Shown: piece by piece, positions 50,262 to 60,137 of the stretch
How the letters are laid out: the number at the start of each line of letters is the position of its first letter
How positions within the stretch are numbered: the stretch's first letter is position 1
Assembly (NCBI GenBank): GCA_900318035.1
Contig: ONJC01000007.1
Span: 2,015-66,014 of the forward strand
Length of the DNA stretch: 64,000 nucleotides
Origin: an uncultured Methanobrevibacter sp.
Lineage (GTDB): Archaea > Methanobacteriota > Methanobacteria > Methanobacteriales > Methanobacteriaceae
Direction: 5' to 3'
Made by a program: the position numbers and the translations under genes
Notes under the pieces: generated by a model
Seen by the model: only the letters and a program-made list of their open reading frames with translations
Told to the model about the DNA's origin: nothing
Databases searched by the model: none

Positions 50262-51479
50262 ATGAGATTGCCTGCAAGATCCAAATCATATATGATTCCG
50301 GAGTATAGTTTGACTGGAGATTTATTATCCTATATTACCTGCGGACTTCAATACAGGTATCAGAATAAGGGAACACTGCCCCCTTCAAAACCTGTTCAGA
50401 GATGGTTCGGTGAATTTATTCATGGTGTAATGGAAGAGGCATACCTGGACTGGAAATATCAAAAAAAGGAATTTCCATGGGATTGGAAAGAAGACATCAG
50501 ACCTATTGAAGATGAAATTGACCTGAGGCTGCAAGTAAGGGGACTCTATCCCCATGATGAAGATTTGTTTTTCAGCATCAATCAGCCTGGAAGTACACTG
50601 ACACTTGATGATTTGAATGAACATGACCATAAAAAATTAGCCAGTGCACGGGCTGAAAAAGCAATAAATATCTGGGGAAAACACCTGTTTCCCTTAATTG
50701 ACTCATCCGAACTTCTGATTAAGGGAGTTCGGCCAATGCCGAATTATGACAAGAATATCTCAAGGTCCAATTATTATGGAATAAACGGAGTTGTTGATGT
50801 TTTAACGTCAGCTAAAATCAACAAAATCCACGAACAAAGCAATTTATTCAATTATGACAACAAAATCATTAACTTTATAAAGAAAAATCTAGAAGAGACA
50901 GACATCGAGGATTATGAAATCATCATCGATTATAAGGGAATGAAAAGACCTCCCGTTAAAGTTACAAAACCTCAAGCAGAGGACAAATGGGAAAATCACA
51001 AACAGCAAATTTTAACATATTCATGGCTTCGGTCAAAACAGGAAAATGCGAAAACCATTTCTGCAGGAATAATACTCTATCTAAATGAGCTTGTCCCATC
51101 AAAAGAGGATTTGGCTTTAATAAAAGATGAAATAATTAATGATTTAACCGACATTCCAACAGATGATGAGTTTGAAGATGATATCCAGTTGATTTTTGAC
51201 TGGCAGGAAGATGACAAGATGCCTAATCTAAGTGATGAATTTAAAATAGCCCGTTCCATCAGATTCATTAAGATAAACGAAGAGGAACGTTCCAAGGCTC
51301 TTAAAAAATTTGATAAAGTAGTCTGTGATATTGAAAATTCACTTATTAAGGAAATGAAAGGGTGCAAAATACAGGATGCATGGAAGGCAGATGCCGATGA
51401 GAGAACATGTTTGGCATGTGACTTTAAGACATTCTGTAAAAATAACAGTGACATAACAAAAGACTTTAAAATTCCTTAA
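50262..51479 (+). CDS. PD-(D/E)XK RecB-family nuclease with predicted 4Fe-4S staple
   Basis: N-terminal Cys (TCGLQY), GEFIH, GVVD, IIDYK, QILTY and C-terminal CLACDFKTFC. Confidence 0.85.
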   Translation: MRLPARSKSYMIPEYSLTGDLLSYITCGLQYRYQNKGTLPPSKPVQRWFGEFIHGVMEEAYLDWKYQKKEFPWDWKEDIRPIEDEIDLRLQVRGLYPHDEDLFFSINQPGSTLTLDDLNEHDHKKLASARAEKAINIWGKHLFPLIDSSELLIKGVRPMPNYDKNISRSNYYGINGVVDVLTSAKINKIHEQSNLFNYDNKIINFIKKNLEETDIEDYEIIIDYKGMKRPPVKVTKPQAEDKWENHKQQILTYSWLRSKQENAKTISAGIILYLNELVPSKEDLALIKDEIINDLTDIPTDDEFEDDIQLIFDWQEDDKMPNLSDEFKIARSIRFIKINEEERSKALKKFDKVVCDIENSLIKEMKGCKIQDAWKADADERTCLACDFKTFCKNNSDITKDFKIP

Positions 51480-51504
51480 TACATAATATCTATTAGGTGA
51501 TTGT

Positions 51505-52185
51505 ATGGCTAATTCCAATTTAGAAAAAAACCAAAAATATTGTGAAGCAATTGAAAGTAAAATCAAACTCGATGCAAAACCAGTTGCAATGAAATTAATC
51601 AAAACTGAAGATGACCTTCCTGAAGGCTATGATTTAATTGATGAAAAAATCAGACATTGTGAAATGGTTAGAAAAGCATCTTTGGGTGATAAATTTTACT
51701 CAACTATTGACCAGCAAATGTGTTTAGGCGGAGCCGGAGCAATTGGGCTTAGGGACATGCCTGAAAAGTTAGCAAACGGGGAAAAATATTTTTCACTTGG
51801 AAGATTCCAAGATTTAGAAACCGCTAAAAAACTCACAGGAAAACTTTCCATCATTAAAGATATCAGTTGGGGAATCGTATATGCTCCTTTAGATGAAGCT
51901 GATTTTGAAGCTGATGTAATTCAGATCATTACAGAACCTGTTGGCGGAATGAAACTTGCACAAAGTATTGTTTACAAAACCGGTGAAAAAATCAAACCTT
52001 CATTTGCAGGAATTCAATCCTTATGTGGAGATGCATTTGCAAACCCATACCTTTCAAAAGGAGTTAATTTCACATTAGGTTGTGACGGTTCCAGAAAAGC
52101 GGCAGACATTAAAGACAATGAAATGACTGTTGGCATTAGTTCTGAAATGATTGAAGAAGTAATATCCGGACTTGATTCAATCTAG
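51505..52185 (+). CDS. DUF169 family protein
   Basis: PVAMK, RHCEMV, CLGGA, QSLCGD and TLGCDGSR motifs. Confidence 0.85.
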   Translation: MANSNLEKNQKYCEAIESKIKLDAKPVAMKLIKTEDDLPEGYDLIDEKIRHCEMVRKASLGDKFYSTIDQQMCLGGAGAIGLRDMPEKLANGEKYFSLGRFQDLETAKKLTGKLSIIKDISWGIVYAPLDEADFEADVIQIITEPVGGMKLAQSIVYKTGEKIKPSFAGIQSLCGDAFANPYLSKGVNFTLGCDGSRKAADIKDNEMTVGISSEMIEEVISGLDSI

Positions 52186-52830
52186 AAGATTCAAATAATC
52201 TTCATAATGATTTATATTCAACAATTCTTTTTTATTTTTTTCTTTTATCCCATAAAATGTATAACCGTCAGCAAAGATTTTCCTCAAAATCGGATTTAAA
52301 TTGTCATCCTCGTTTTCTAGATACTTCATTAAATTTAGCCTAGGTGCCACAAATGGCATTCCCAATCCTTCAGCAGTATCCAGCAAACCTGTTTTTCTTC
52401 TCCTTAAAATTGATATTGTATGAAAAGGATCTTCACTATTCTGGCTTGTTTCAATCATTTTATTGAATGTTTCTGGTGAAACTGTAGGCTGGTCTGCAGT
52501 AATGCATAATGCAAAATCAGAATCAATATTTGACAAACCATTGAAAAGAGATGTTGATAAACCTACATCGACAGGATTGTTTTCGATGAACTTAACCTCA
52601 TCTTTATAATTATCATAGATAGCTTCTTTTATTTCACTAGCATAATGTCCAAGTACCACAATGCATTCATCTACATTTGAGGATAATGCATTGTCAATAG
52701 TTGTCTCTATGACTGTTTTATTTTTAAAAGGCAAAATAAGTTTGTTTTTCAAATCAATATTTCTGGCCAGCTGATCTTTTCTCATTCTGGAATTTTTTCC
52801 AGCAGCAGTGACCACTGTTGAAATAGTCAT
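52177..52830 (-). CDS. MobA/MocA-like nucleotidyltransferase
   Basis: TAAGKNSRM...NKLILP, ADQP and NIN motifs; start at ATG 52830. Confidence 0.8.
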   Translation of the reverse strand: MTISTVVTAAGKNSRMRKDQLARNIDLKNKLILPFKNKTVIETTIDNALSSNVDECIVVLGHYASEIKEAIYDNYKDEVKFIENNPVDVGLSTSLFNGLSNIDSDFALCITADQPTVSPETFNKMIETSQNSEDPFHTISILRRRKTGLLDTAEGLGMPFVAPRLNLMKYLENEDDNLNPILRKIFADGYTFYGIKEKNKKELLNINHYEDYLNLLD

Positions 52831-52856
52831 AAAAAAAAGAAAAAAAGTTGATATAT

Positions 52857-54044
52857 TCACTTATTCGGAATATATCTTGTAATTTGTCCGTAGATACCCA
52901 TTCCGGTACCTTCACCTTCAAGCCACATGTTGATTTTTACAGGATAGTCGTGATTGTTTGTAACGGTAATTCCACTTGCAGGGTTGTATCCATACAATAC
53001 CGCATTTTCACTATCATCCATACCAACAGGCATTGGGAATCCTTCTGCAAGTACTGCTGCTCTTAAAGCTCTAGCTGAAGGACATACACCGTGTGCAGCA
53101 CTTCCACCTGGAGCAGATGGGTCAACTGCAGACTCAAAGTATACGTAATCCCTTCCGGAACTTGTGGAATTAGGTGGAATGACAGTACCATTCCAAGCTT
53201 CTACGAATTGCCTTGCATTAACTTCCCTTATTGAATCACCATATTCTGGATGTGAACCTAATGAAGTGCCGTAAACTTCACCGGACTGTGGAGTATAATT
53301 ACCAGAATACAATAGAATTGGTGAACCCGTAGGATATTCGGCCGCATAATCAACTACATCCTGACCAAATATATATGGAAGCTGTTCAGGAGTTACATCA
53401 GACCTATTGTCTGAAAATCCAACCATTCCCTTATCTAATGTGAATGCTGAACCGTTAGTTGCTTCATAATTATACCAGTCAACAATAGTTGATGTATTAT
53501 AATATTTAGTACTGTAATTTAAATTTTTAATCTGATCGGCAGGAATAGATTTAATAATTTTTCCGCCTTCTACAAGGTCTACTCCAGAAGCAGTTTTACA
53601 TAATACTTTATAAGGAGCACTGTACCCCCAAACATAATTATCAGGTCCTTTAACTGCTAATTTATCTCCTTCATAAGTTATATATCCTGGTCCGTCAATA
53701 CCTTTTGCATTTCCATAAGAATCAACACCTTCTCCAGATACTGTTGTAAAATCAAATGGAACCACCCCTGTTGAAAGTGACATTACAATTCCTTGAATAT
53801 CAAAGGCCAATAGCTGATGAGCTAAGAATCCGAAATTCCCTATCAATGGAACTTCAATTGTCTTATTTTGACCTAGAATAGAATCGCCATCAAAGATAGA
53901 TTGACCAACTGATATATTATATGTATCTGCTACTGACTGACCAGTATATGGAGTGCTGTTAACAAATGAAAAGGCAAATAAAAGAATACAAGCAAATAAT
54001 AATCCTAAAAATATTTTTACTGATGTTTTTCTCCAACTTCTCAT
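52857..54044 (-). CDS. Secreted or membrane-anchored protein with possible VanW-like C-terminal domain
   Basis: N-terminal hydrophobic anchor; HGVCPSARALRAAVL and ITVTNNHDYPVKI near the C-terminus. Confidence 0.6.
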   Translation of the reverse strand: MRSWRKTSVKIFLGLLFACILLFAFSFVNSTPYTGQSVADTYNISVGQSIFDGDSILGQNKTIEVPLIGNFGFLAHQLLAFDIQGIVMSLSTGVVPFDFTTVSGEGVDSYGNAKGIDGPGYITYEGDKLAVKGPDNYVWGYSAPYKVLCKTASGVDLVEGGKIIKSIPADQIKNLNYSTKYYNTSTIVDWYNYEATNGSAFTLDKGMVGFSDNRSDVTPEQLPYIFGQDVVDYAAEYPTGSPILLYSGNYTPQSGEVYGTSLGSHPEYGDSIREVNARQFVEAWNGTVIPPNSTSSGRDYVYFESAVDPSAPGGSAAHGVCPSARALRAAVLAEGFPMPVGMDDSENAVLYGYNPASGITVTNNHDYPVKINMWLEGEGTGMGIYGQITRYIPNK

Positions 54045-54136
54045 TATATTTCTCCTCTAATGATAAAATATTATTTATTATAAAAATTAATACTGAATAA
54101 TAATATAATGTTTATATTATAAAAAGATTATTATCA

Positions 54137-55420
54137 CTATGATAATTTTTCAGATATTAATCTTATCCTTTCCTGAATTTCGATAATTGTCTCCTGACCG
54201 TTGCCTCCAATCAATATTGCATCCTCATGAGAATATTCCGCAACCAGCTCTATAATTTCATCCAATGAATTGACGGTAATGATGTTTCCGCTATAACCCA
54301 ATAAATTAAGCCTGTATATTGCCATGTCCACTGTGTCCTCCAATCCTGGGAACAGTACAATAACTTCAGGATTGTATTTAACAGCAACATCTAAAATATC
54401 AAGCCTGTGCTCTTCATTGTGTCTTGGAGTTCCAATAAATAGCGCATAAAAATCCTTTTCAGACAATACAGATGCTAAAGCATCGGAATTATCAGTTTTT
54501 CCAACATAAATTGATGCATTATTGATTTTATATACATCCAATCTCCCTTCAACAGCCTCAAAATCACTTAAACTAGATTTGATAACATCTTTAGGAACTT
54601 TCAGTTCACGAGCAATGGCACTTGCAAGACCTGCATTAAGCAAATTGAATTTACCGAATAATTTTAATTCATCATGATATTCAAAATAAGGAATAGTCTT
54701 ACTTGCAGATTCCTTAAAGTCAGCGTTGAAGTCCTGATTAAAAGCAGTGAATATCACTTTATCCTCAAAAAATCTAACCAGAGTATTTTTATAATTTGCA
54801 ATGGTCTTGTGTACATTCATATGATCATTGCCAATATTTGTAAGTCCGATCATGTCAAAATCAAAGCAATATCTGCAGAAATCAAGGGTCATATCGCACA
54901 CTTCAACCAGCAATATGTCATAATCCTCATCTCTGGCTTCAAGAATCAAATCATAATATCCTGAAAAACCTCCCCCACCGTTTCCGCCAACTAACACTTT
55001 CTTGCCAGCGTTTTCCAAAATAGTTTTCAGCATGTGAACGGTTGTGGTCTTGCCGTTTGTTCCTGTAATTCCGATAGTGAAAATATCCTTATGTTTGGTT
55101 ACTACATCACTTAACAAATCTCCATTTTCGAGCAATTTTTCTGCAAACGATCCTCCAAACATGCTGGGACTCATAGCTATCGCATCACATTGTTCAATGG
55201 CATATGGATTGGTAAATCCCAAATCCACAGTGATGTTATCACCAACAATAGAAACTGTTTGTTCACTGTCCAACATATTCATAGAAAGCATCGGCAAATC
55301 CAAACCTTCCAAATCAACATTAATATTTAAATCAGTAGCATAAACTTCCCAACCATGTTTTAAAAGGGAATTAACTGCTTTTTTACCTTCTACTCCCAAA
55401 CCTATAACAGCTGCCTTCAT
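54137..55420 (-). CDS. Mur ligase family protein (MurD-like, pseudomurein peptide ligase)
   Basis: IGLGVEG Rossmann motif, GITGTNGKTTT, VGGN, TNIGNDHMNVH and EGRL. Confidence 0.88.
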   Translation of the reverse strand: MKAAVIGLGVEGKKAVNSLLKHGWEVYATDLNINVDLEGLDLPMLSMNMLDSEQTVSIVGDNITVDLGFTNPYAIEQCDAIAMSPSMFGGSFAEKLLENGDLLSDVVTKHKDIFTIGITGTNGKTTTVHMLKTILENAGKKVLVGGNGGGGFSGYYDLILEARDEDYDILLVEVCDMTLDFCRYCFDFDMIGLTNIGNDHMNVHKTIANYKNTLVRFFEDKVIFTAFNQDFNADFKESASKTIPYFEYHDELKLFGKFNLLNAGLASAIARELKVPKDVIKSSLSDFEAVEGRLDVYKINNASIYVGKTDNSDALASVLSEKDFYALFIGTPRHNEEHRLDILDVAVKYNPEVIVLFPGLEDTVDMAIYRLNLLGYSGNIITVNSLDEIIELVAEYSHEDAILIGGNGQETIIEIQERIRLISEKLS

Positions 55421-55541
55421 AAAAACTAATCCTCAAAAAAAAATAATTCTATACATAACTTACTATTTTAGAATTTATAAATATTGTGTAAAAAGAAATT
55501 ATTTTATAATATGATAATTAAATTAAAAGCAAGGTGATTAA

Positions 55542-55937
55542 ATGTTTGAAGATGAACGAGATGATAAAATTTACAATTTAATTATTTCAAATGGTATTGA
55601 TAAAAAAAATGAATATGGGCAATTTGTCGAAAAATTGTTCTCAAAAGTAGACTTTTTATGGAAAGAATCCATTTCAGGCTCTTATGAACATGCCAGTGAA
55701 GAATTCTACAGCAAAGTAGATAGAATAATTTTGCTTGCAGGCCTTTACAATGACAACAAGGAACTGTTTGGACATTTAATAGCTGCAAGTGACAAATATG
55801 ACATCCCAATAGTTTTAGTAAGACCACAGGGACTTGAAGAAGTGCCTGAATTATTGGAACAGAAAGCCACAACAATCGTCGGATGGAATGCAAACTGCAT
55901 TATCGATTCCATTAAAGACGTTGAAGAACTGCTTTAA
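55542..55937 (+). CDS. MTH538-like TIR-fold protein (DUF1863)
   Basis: YNLIIS, IILLAGLY, IPIVLVRP and VP...ATTIVGWN...I.DSI pattern. Confidence 0.7.
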   Translation: MFEDERDDKIYNLIISNGIDKKNEYGQFVEKLFSKVDFLWKESISGSYEHASEEFYSKVDRIILLAGLYNDNKELFGHLIAASDKYDIPIVLVRPQGLEEVPELLEQKATTIVGWNANCIIDSIKDVEELL

Positions 55938-55960
55938 AAAAAATAATAAAAAAATGATAT

Positions 55961-58708
55961 TTAAATTATAACTTTTGAAATACCATTTTCCTTTTCCACT
56001 TTAATTAAGTTATCAGCTGCATTTTCAAGCTGACTTTCATGAGTTACAATAATCATTTGAGGCAGTAAAGACATGTCTTTTAACAGATTTATAAGTTCAT
56101 GTCTTCTGGAACTATCCAAATGAATTGTAGGCTCATCCAATAAGATAGTATCCAATTCTCCTTTAGACATTGCTTGAGTGATACCTAATCTTAAAGCAAG
56201 TGCAATAGCTATTTTTTCACCACCACTGACCATGCTCATGGATGATTCGCCTTCAGGACCATAAACAGTAACTTCATAATCCTCATCCAAAGTCAAATCA
56301 GAGTAGTTAAAGTTGAATTCATTGAAGAACTCTTTAGTGTATTTTTGAATTAAAGGTTTGGAAACGCTTCTCAAATCCTTTTGAATACCATTCTTACCAT
56401 ATAATTCCCTGATATGATTTAATAGGTCAATATAATCCCTGACATCATCATACTCCTGTTGGAATTGAGCTGCAGTACGTATTTTTTCACCCAATTCCTT
56501 AATGTAGGTAATTGATTCTCTGGCCCTGCCCTTAATTTCAGCAAGTTCTGAGTTAAAAGAGTTCATTTGTCTTTCATATCTTTCATAGCGATAAAGAATT
56601 TGTTCATATTTATCCTGATCATAAACAGTTGCATCAATCTTGTTTTGAGTAATGTCTATCTGATTAATTGAACCGCCAATTTCTTCCTTAATTGTATCCA
56701 ACTGAGTCATTAAAGCATTCTTATTTTGAATAAATCCTTTAAGCTGATTATATTGCTCGTTCTTCTGTTTTAAATCAGTGATACGATTTTGAAGCTCAGA
56801 GGCACTGATGTCACCACTCAAATGAGGGTCCTGTTCTATTGCCAACTTGATATTCTTAACATGATTGTCAATTTCATTTTCAACCTGCTTGAGTTTGAAT
56901 TGAACTTCTGTCTGGTCACCTAAAACTTCCAAAGCTCCTTTAGCCTGATTATATGAATCATAAGAAGCCTTATAGTTTTCACGATTAGTTCTTTCTTTAG
57001 CAATTACTAAAATAAGCTCTCCAAGTTTGTTGCTGATAGATTCTTTGGATTCAAGACCTTCATCCATTTTATTTAATTTGACAAGCTCTCCTTTCAAATG
57101 ATTGAATTTTTGTTTATATTCAATGATGGATTTGGACAAATCATTTATTTTTGAAAGTTTTTCTTCATTGCTTTTCTTGTCTTCAGTTAATGAACGAACA
57201 TCCTCCTCGTTTTGGGAGATTAATTTCTCGTTATCAGAGATTTCTGTTTCATATTGTTGGATTAACTGAAGTTTCTTTTCTTCATCCAAATCAGATTGAC
57301 ATACAGGACATTTATTATCAACGCCATCCAATTCATTTAATGGTTTTTGAGCGGACTTGATATTTTGTTTGAATACGACAATGTCCTCATTTTTAGAGAC
57401 GATATCACCGGACAATTCTTCAATCTTTTGTGAAATTTCTTCAATAAATTCATTTGTAGTTTTTTCAAGATTTTCAAAACCGTCAATTTCATCCAAAAGT
57501 TTTTCAGCCAAACCTTCCTCTTCAAGTTCATCTTTAGCATTGGAATAAAAGCTTTCAATGTCATTTCTTTCGTTTTCAATAGCTTTTAAAAGGTCCTTTT
57601 TATCCTGTTCAAGTTTAGTCATTGTAGCTAATCTTTTCTCATAGTCGACTTTTTTCATGTCTAAATTAGCAATTTCTTTTTCGGAAGCTAAAAATTTTTC
57701 ATATTCTTCTTTTTTATCTGCAACTATTGCATTTTGCTGGGCAATAGATTCCAATTTATCACTTATTCTTTTTTCATCTTCCTTTAATTTCTTAATGCTT
57801 ATGACTGATTTTTCAAAGTCCAGATAAATATCCAGTTTGGAAACATATTTTTCCAATCTTTTAATCTGATCTTCAGATTCTCTGATTTTATCAAGATTTT
57901 CTTGAACTGAACGTTTGTTGGCTTCTAATTTAGTTAAATTATTCTTTTCATTTTCTAAATTACGAACTTGAGTTTCATAAATTTCCTTTTCCGTTTCCAT
58001 GTCTCTTTTACTTTCAGAAATTTCTTTTAGAGAGTTTGAAACATCCACTATTTGCTCCTCCAGTTCATGGCCTTTGTCTTTAATGCTGTTCAATTCATCC
58101 ATCTTTTTATCATGTTCCTCTTTAAGCTCATTAGAGTTGTATAATTTTCCTTTAAGCTCAGAAAGTCTGTTTTCATAATCATTAATGTATGGAAGTAAAT
58201 TTTTCCATGCTTTTTCAAGAGAATCCAATCCTAAAAGTTTGGTTATTAATAATTTCTTTTCAGCAGGGGTCTTGTCAACCAATTCTGCAATTTCTCCCTG
58301 ACGGATGTAGATTGCATTTAAAAACAAATCAGAATCAATGTCAAGGATTTGGCGAATTTCTTCATTTACCTCTTTATCCCCAGTGCACATGTGGACAAAA
58401 CCGCCTTCAGCAGAAGTCTTAGTGTATAGGGATGATTTTAAATTGGATTTCTTTTCACGTACAATTTTGTATTCCTTAGCATTGGAAACGAATTCCAATT
58501 CAACAGACATTGAATCTGCATTATTTCTAACCAAATCATCAATTCTTTTAGCGGTGTGCTGCTTGAATAGGGCGAAACTTATTGCCTCTAAAATTGTGGA
58601 TTTTCCAGCACCATTTTCACCAACAATAACGCTAATTCCTTTATCAAATTCAATTGATGTATTTTGATGTGATTTAAAGTTATTTAATTTTAATTTTGTG
58701 AAAATCAT
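55961..58708 (-). CDS. rad50: DNA double-strand break repair ATPase Rad50
   Basis: GENGAGKS, Q-loop, CPVC zinc hook, SGGE and LLDEPT; long coiled coil. Confidence 0.95.
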   Translation of the reverse strand: MIFTKLKLNNFKSHQNTSIEFDKGISVIVGENGAGKSTILEAISFALFKQHTAKRIDDLVRNNADSMSVELEFVSNAKEYKIVREKKSNLKSSLYTKTSAEGGFVHMCTGDKEVNEEIRQILDIDSDLFLNAIYIRQGEIAELVDKTPAEKKLLITKLLGLDSLEKAWKNLLPYINDYENRLSELKGKLYNSNELKEEHDKKMDELNSIKDKGHELEEQIVDVSNSLKEISESKRDMETEKEIYETQVRNLENEKNNLTKLEANKRSVQENLDKIRESEDQIKRLEKYVSKLDIYLDFEKSVISIKKLKEDEKRISDKLESIAQQNAIVADKKEEYEKFLASEKEIANLDMKKVDYEKRLATMTKLEQDKKDLLKAIENERNDIESFYSNAKDELEEEGLAEKLLDEIDGFENLEKTTNEFIEEISQKIEELSGDIVSKNEDIVVFKQNIKSAQKPLNELDGVDNKCPVCQSDLDEEKKLQLIQQYETEISDNEKLISQNEEDVRSLTEDKKSNEEKLSKINDLSKSIIEYKQKFNHLKGELVKLNKMDEGLESKESISNKLGELILVIAKERTNRENYKASYDSYNQAKGALEVLGDQTEVQFKLKQVENEIDNHVKNIKLAIEQDPHLSGDISASELQNRITDLKQKNEQYNQLKGFIQNKNALMTQLDTIKEEIGGSINQIDITQNKIDATVYDQDKYEQILYRYERYERQMNSFNSELAEIKGRARESITYIKELGEKIRTAAQFQQEYDDVRDYIDLLNHIRELYGKNGIQKDLRSVSKPLIQKYTKEFFNEFNFNYSDLTLDEDYEVTVYGPEGESSMSMVSGGEKIAIALALRLGITQAMSKGELDTILLDEPTIHLDSSRRHELINLLKDMSLLPQMIIVTHESQLENAADNLIKVEKENGISKVII

Positions 58709-59955
58709 TCTAGAACCTCCTTAAATGTTACTTGAATATCTTTTGATTCAGGAGTTTCTTCTTCAGCTTCATCATGGAGGGTTTCTTCAGTTTTAATTTC
58801 CTCATCATCTTTGGAAGTGTTATATTTTTCTATGAAAAATTGGTCTATTAACACCTGTGATTCCTCCAGCTTATCCTTTGAGAGATAATCATATAATTCA
58901 ATAGCCAGTTTTTCAACATCCTTATCTTCATAATCTTCTAATTTTTCTATAATCAATTCTTTTGGACCTACAGATTCTGTGTGAACAATAATATCATCAA
59001 TGCTCTCTTCTCCAACCATATTGAATGTAGGCCTTATCATCAGTGACAGGTCCCCAAGCTCTTCCTTAATCATATCATAAACATAACCTGTATCCGAATC
59101 AACGTTATTGATGTTCAGCTTTAAGATAGGCTGTTTATCATAATCCTTAATGGTTTCCTTAATTCCTGCAATACCACTATCAAGATTATTATAATCAAGG
59201 GACCTTTCAATGAAAACACGAGGAATGTCTATTTTTACTCTTTTGATTTGTGGTTTTGGACCATCCAAATCAACGACAACAAAACCTTTACCATTTTCAT
59301 GATAATCTTTCAGCTCATCTGTTTTCCAGATTTCTGCTGAACCCGGATAAACCAATTTGCCCTTTCCAAAATCACTGGCAATATATTTGTGAATATGGCC
59401 CAAAGCATAATAATTGAAATTATCAGGAATATCTCCAATCTCCAATTCATATTGAATATTGAGATATGTATCTATGCCCTGGTGCAGAACTAAAATAGAT
59501 TTTTCATGTTCGGCCGCTTTTTTTGAAAGATCGACTAATTTTGATTTCAGTACATTGCTTTTAGATGCTGGATAAAACGGCAATCCTGCAATAAAAACAT
59601 CACCCTGCATGTAATTAGTATTAATTGGACTAATGACTTTTAAACCCATTTTTTTAAAGATCACTTGTGGCGGAATAGCTCCTTTACGCACTGCTGAATC
59701 ATGGTTTCCGGCAATTGCATACATTGGAATTCCGGCACCCTTAAGTTTAAGCAATCCTCTTTGGAATTCTAAAAGTGCCATTGGGGATGGTTTTTCAGTT
59801 TCGAATAAGTCTCCACTATGTATTACAAAGTCTACTTTTTCTTCGATTATTTTATCTATAACTTTTCCAAATACTTCATAAAAGTCTTTTTCTCGCTCAA
59901 TTAATCCAAATTGGCGATAACCTAAATGAGTATCTGCTAAATGTGCAAATTTCAT
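58705..59955 (-). CDS. mre11: Mre11 nuclease
   Basis: DTHLG, HSGDLF, GNHD, LHQ and LGHIH; start at ATG 59955. Confidence 0.95.
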   Translation of the reverse strand: MKFAHLADTHLGYRQFGLIEREKDFYEVFGKVIDKIIEEKVDFVIHSGDLFETEKPSPMALLEFQRGLLKLKGAGIPMYAIAGNHDSAVRKGAIPPQVIFKKMGLKVISPINTNYMQGDVFIAGLPFYPASKSNVLKSKLVDLSKKAAEHEKSILVLHQGIDTYLNIQYELEIGDIPDNFNYYALGHIHKYIASDFGKGKLVYPGSAEIWKTDELKDYHENGKGFVVVDLDGPKPQIKRVKIDIPRVFIERSLDYNNLDSGIAGIKETIKDYDKQPILKLNINNVDSDTGYVYDMIKEELGDLSLMIRPTFNMVGEESIDDIIVHTESVGPKELIIEKLEDYEDKDVEKLAIELYDYLSKDKLEESQVLIDQFFIEKYNTSKDDEEIKTEETLHDEAEEETPESKDIQVTFKEVLE

Positions 59956-60137
59956 TATATTACCTTTTTTAATTAATTGTATTATAACCAATTTAAACAC
60001 TATAACAGTATTTAAGTAAATATTATTTTATTTGATTGAATATTTAACCTTTTTCCTATATATCATTTGAACAGCAATCAATATTGATTTTGAAACGTTA
60101 TATTGAGATTAGAACGAAAAATAAATAAAATGAGATA

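Noticed and set aside
50262-51479. Cas4 or CRISPR locus
   Set aside because: No cas1/cas2 or repeat array; size and coupling to UvrD fit a RecB/AddB-like nuclease better.
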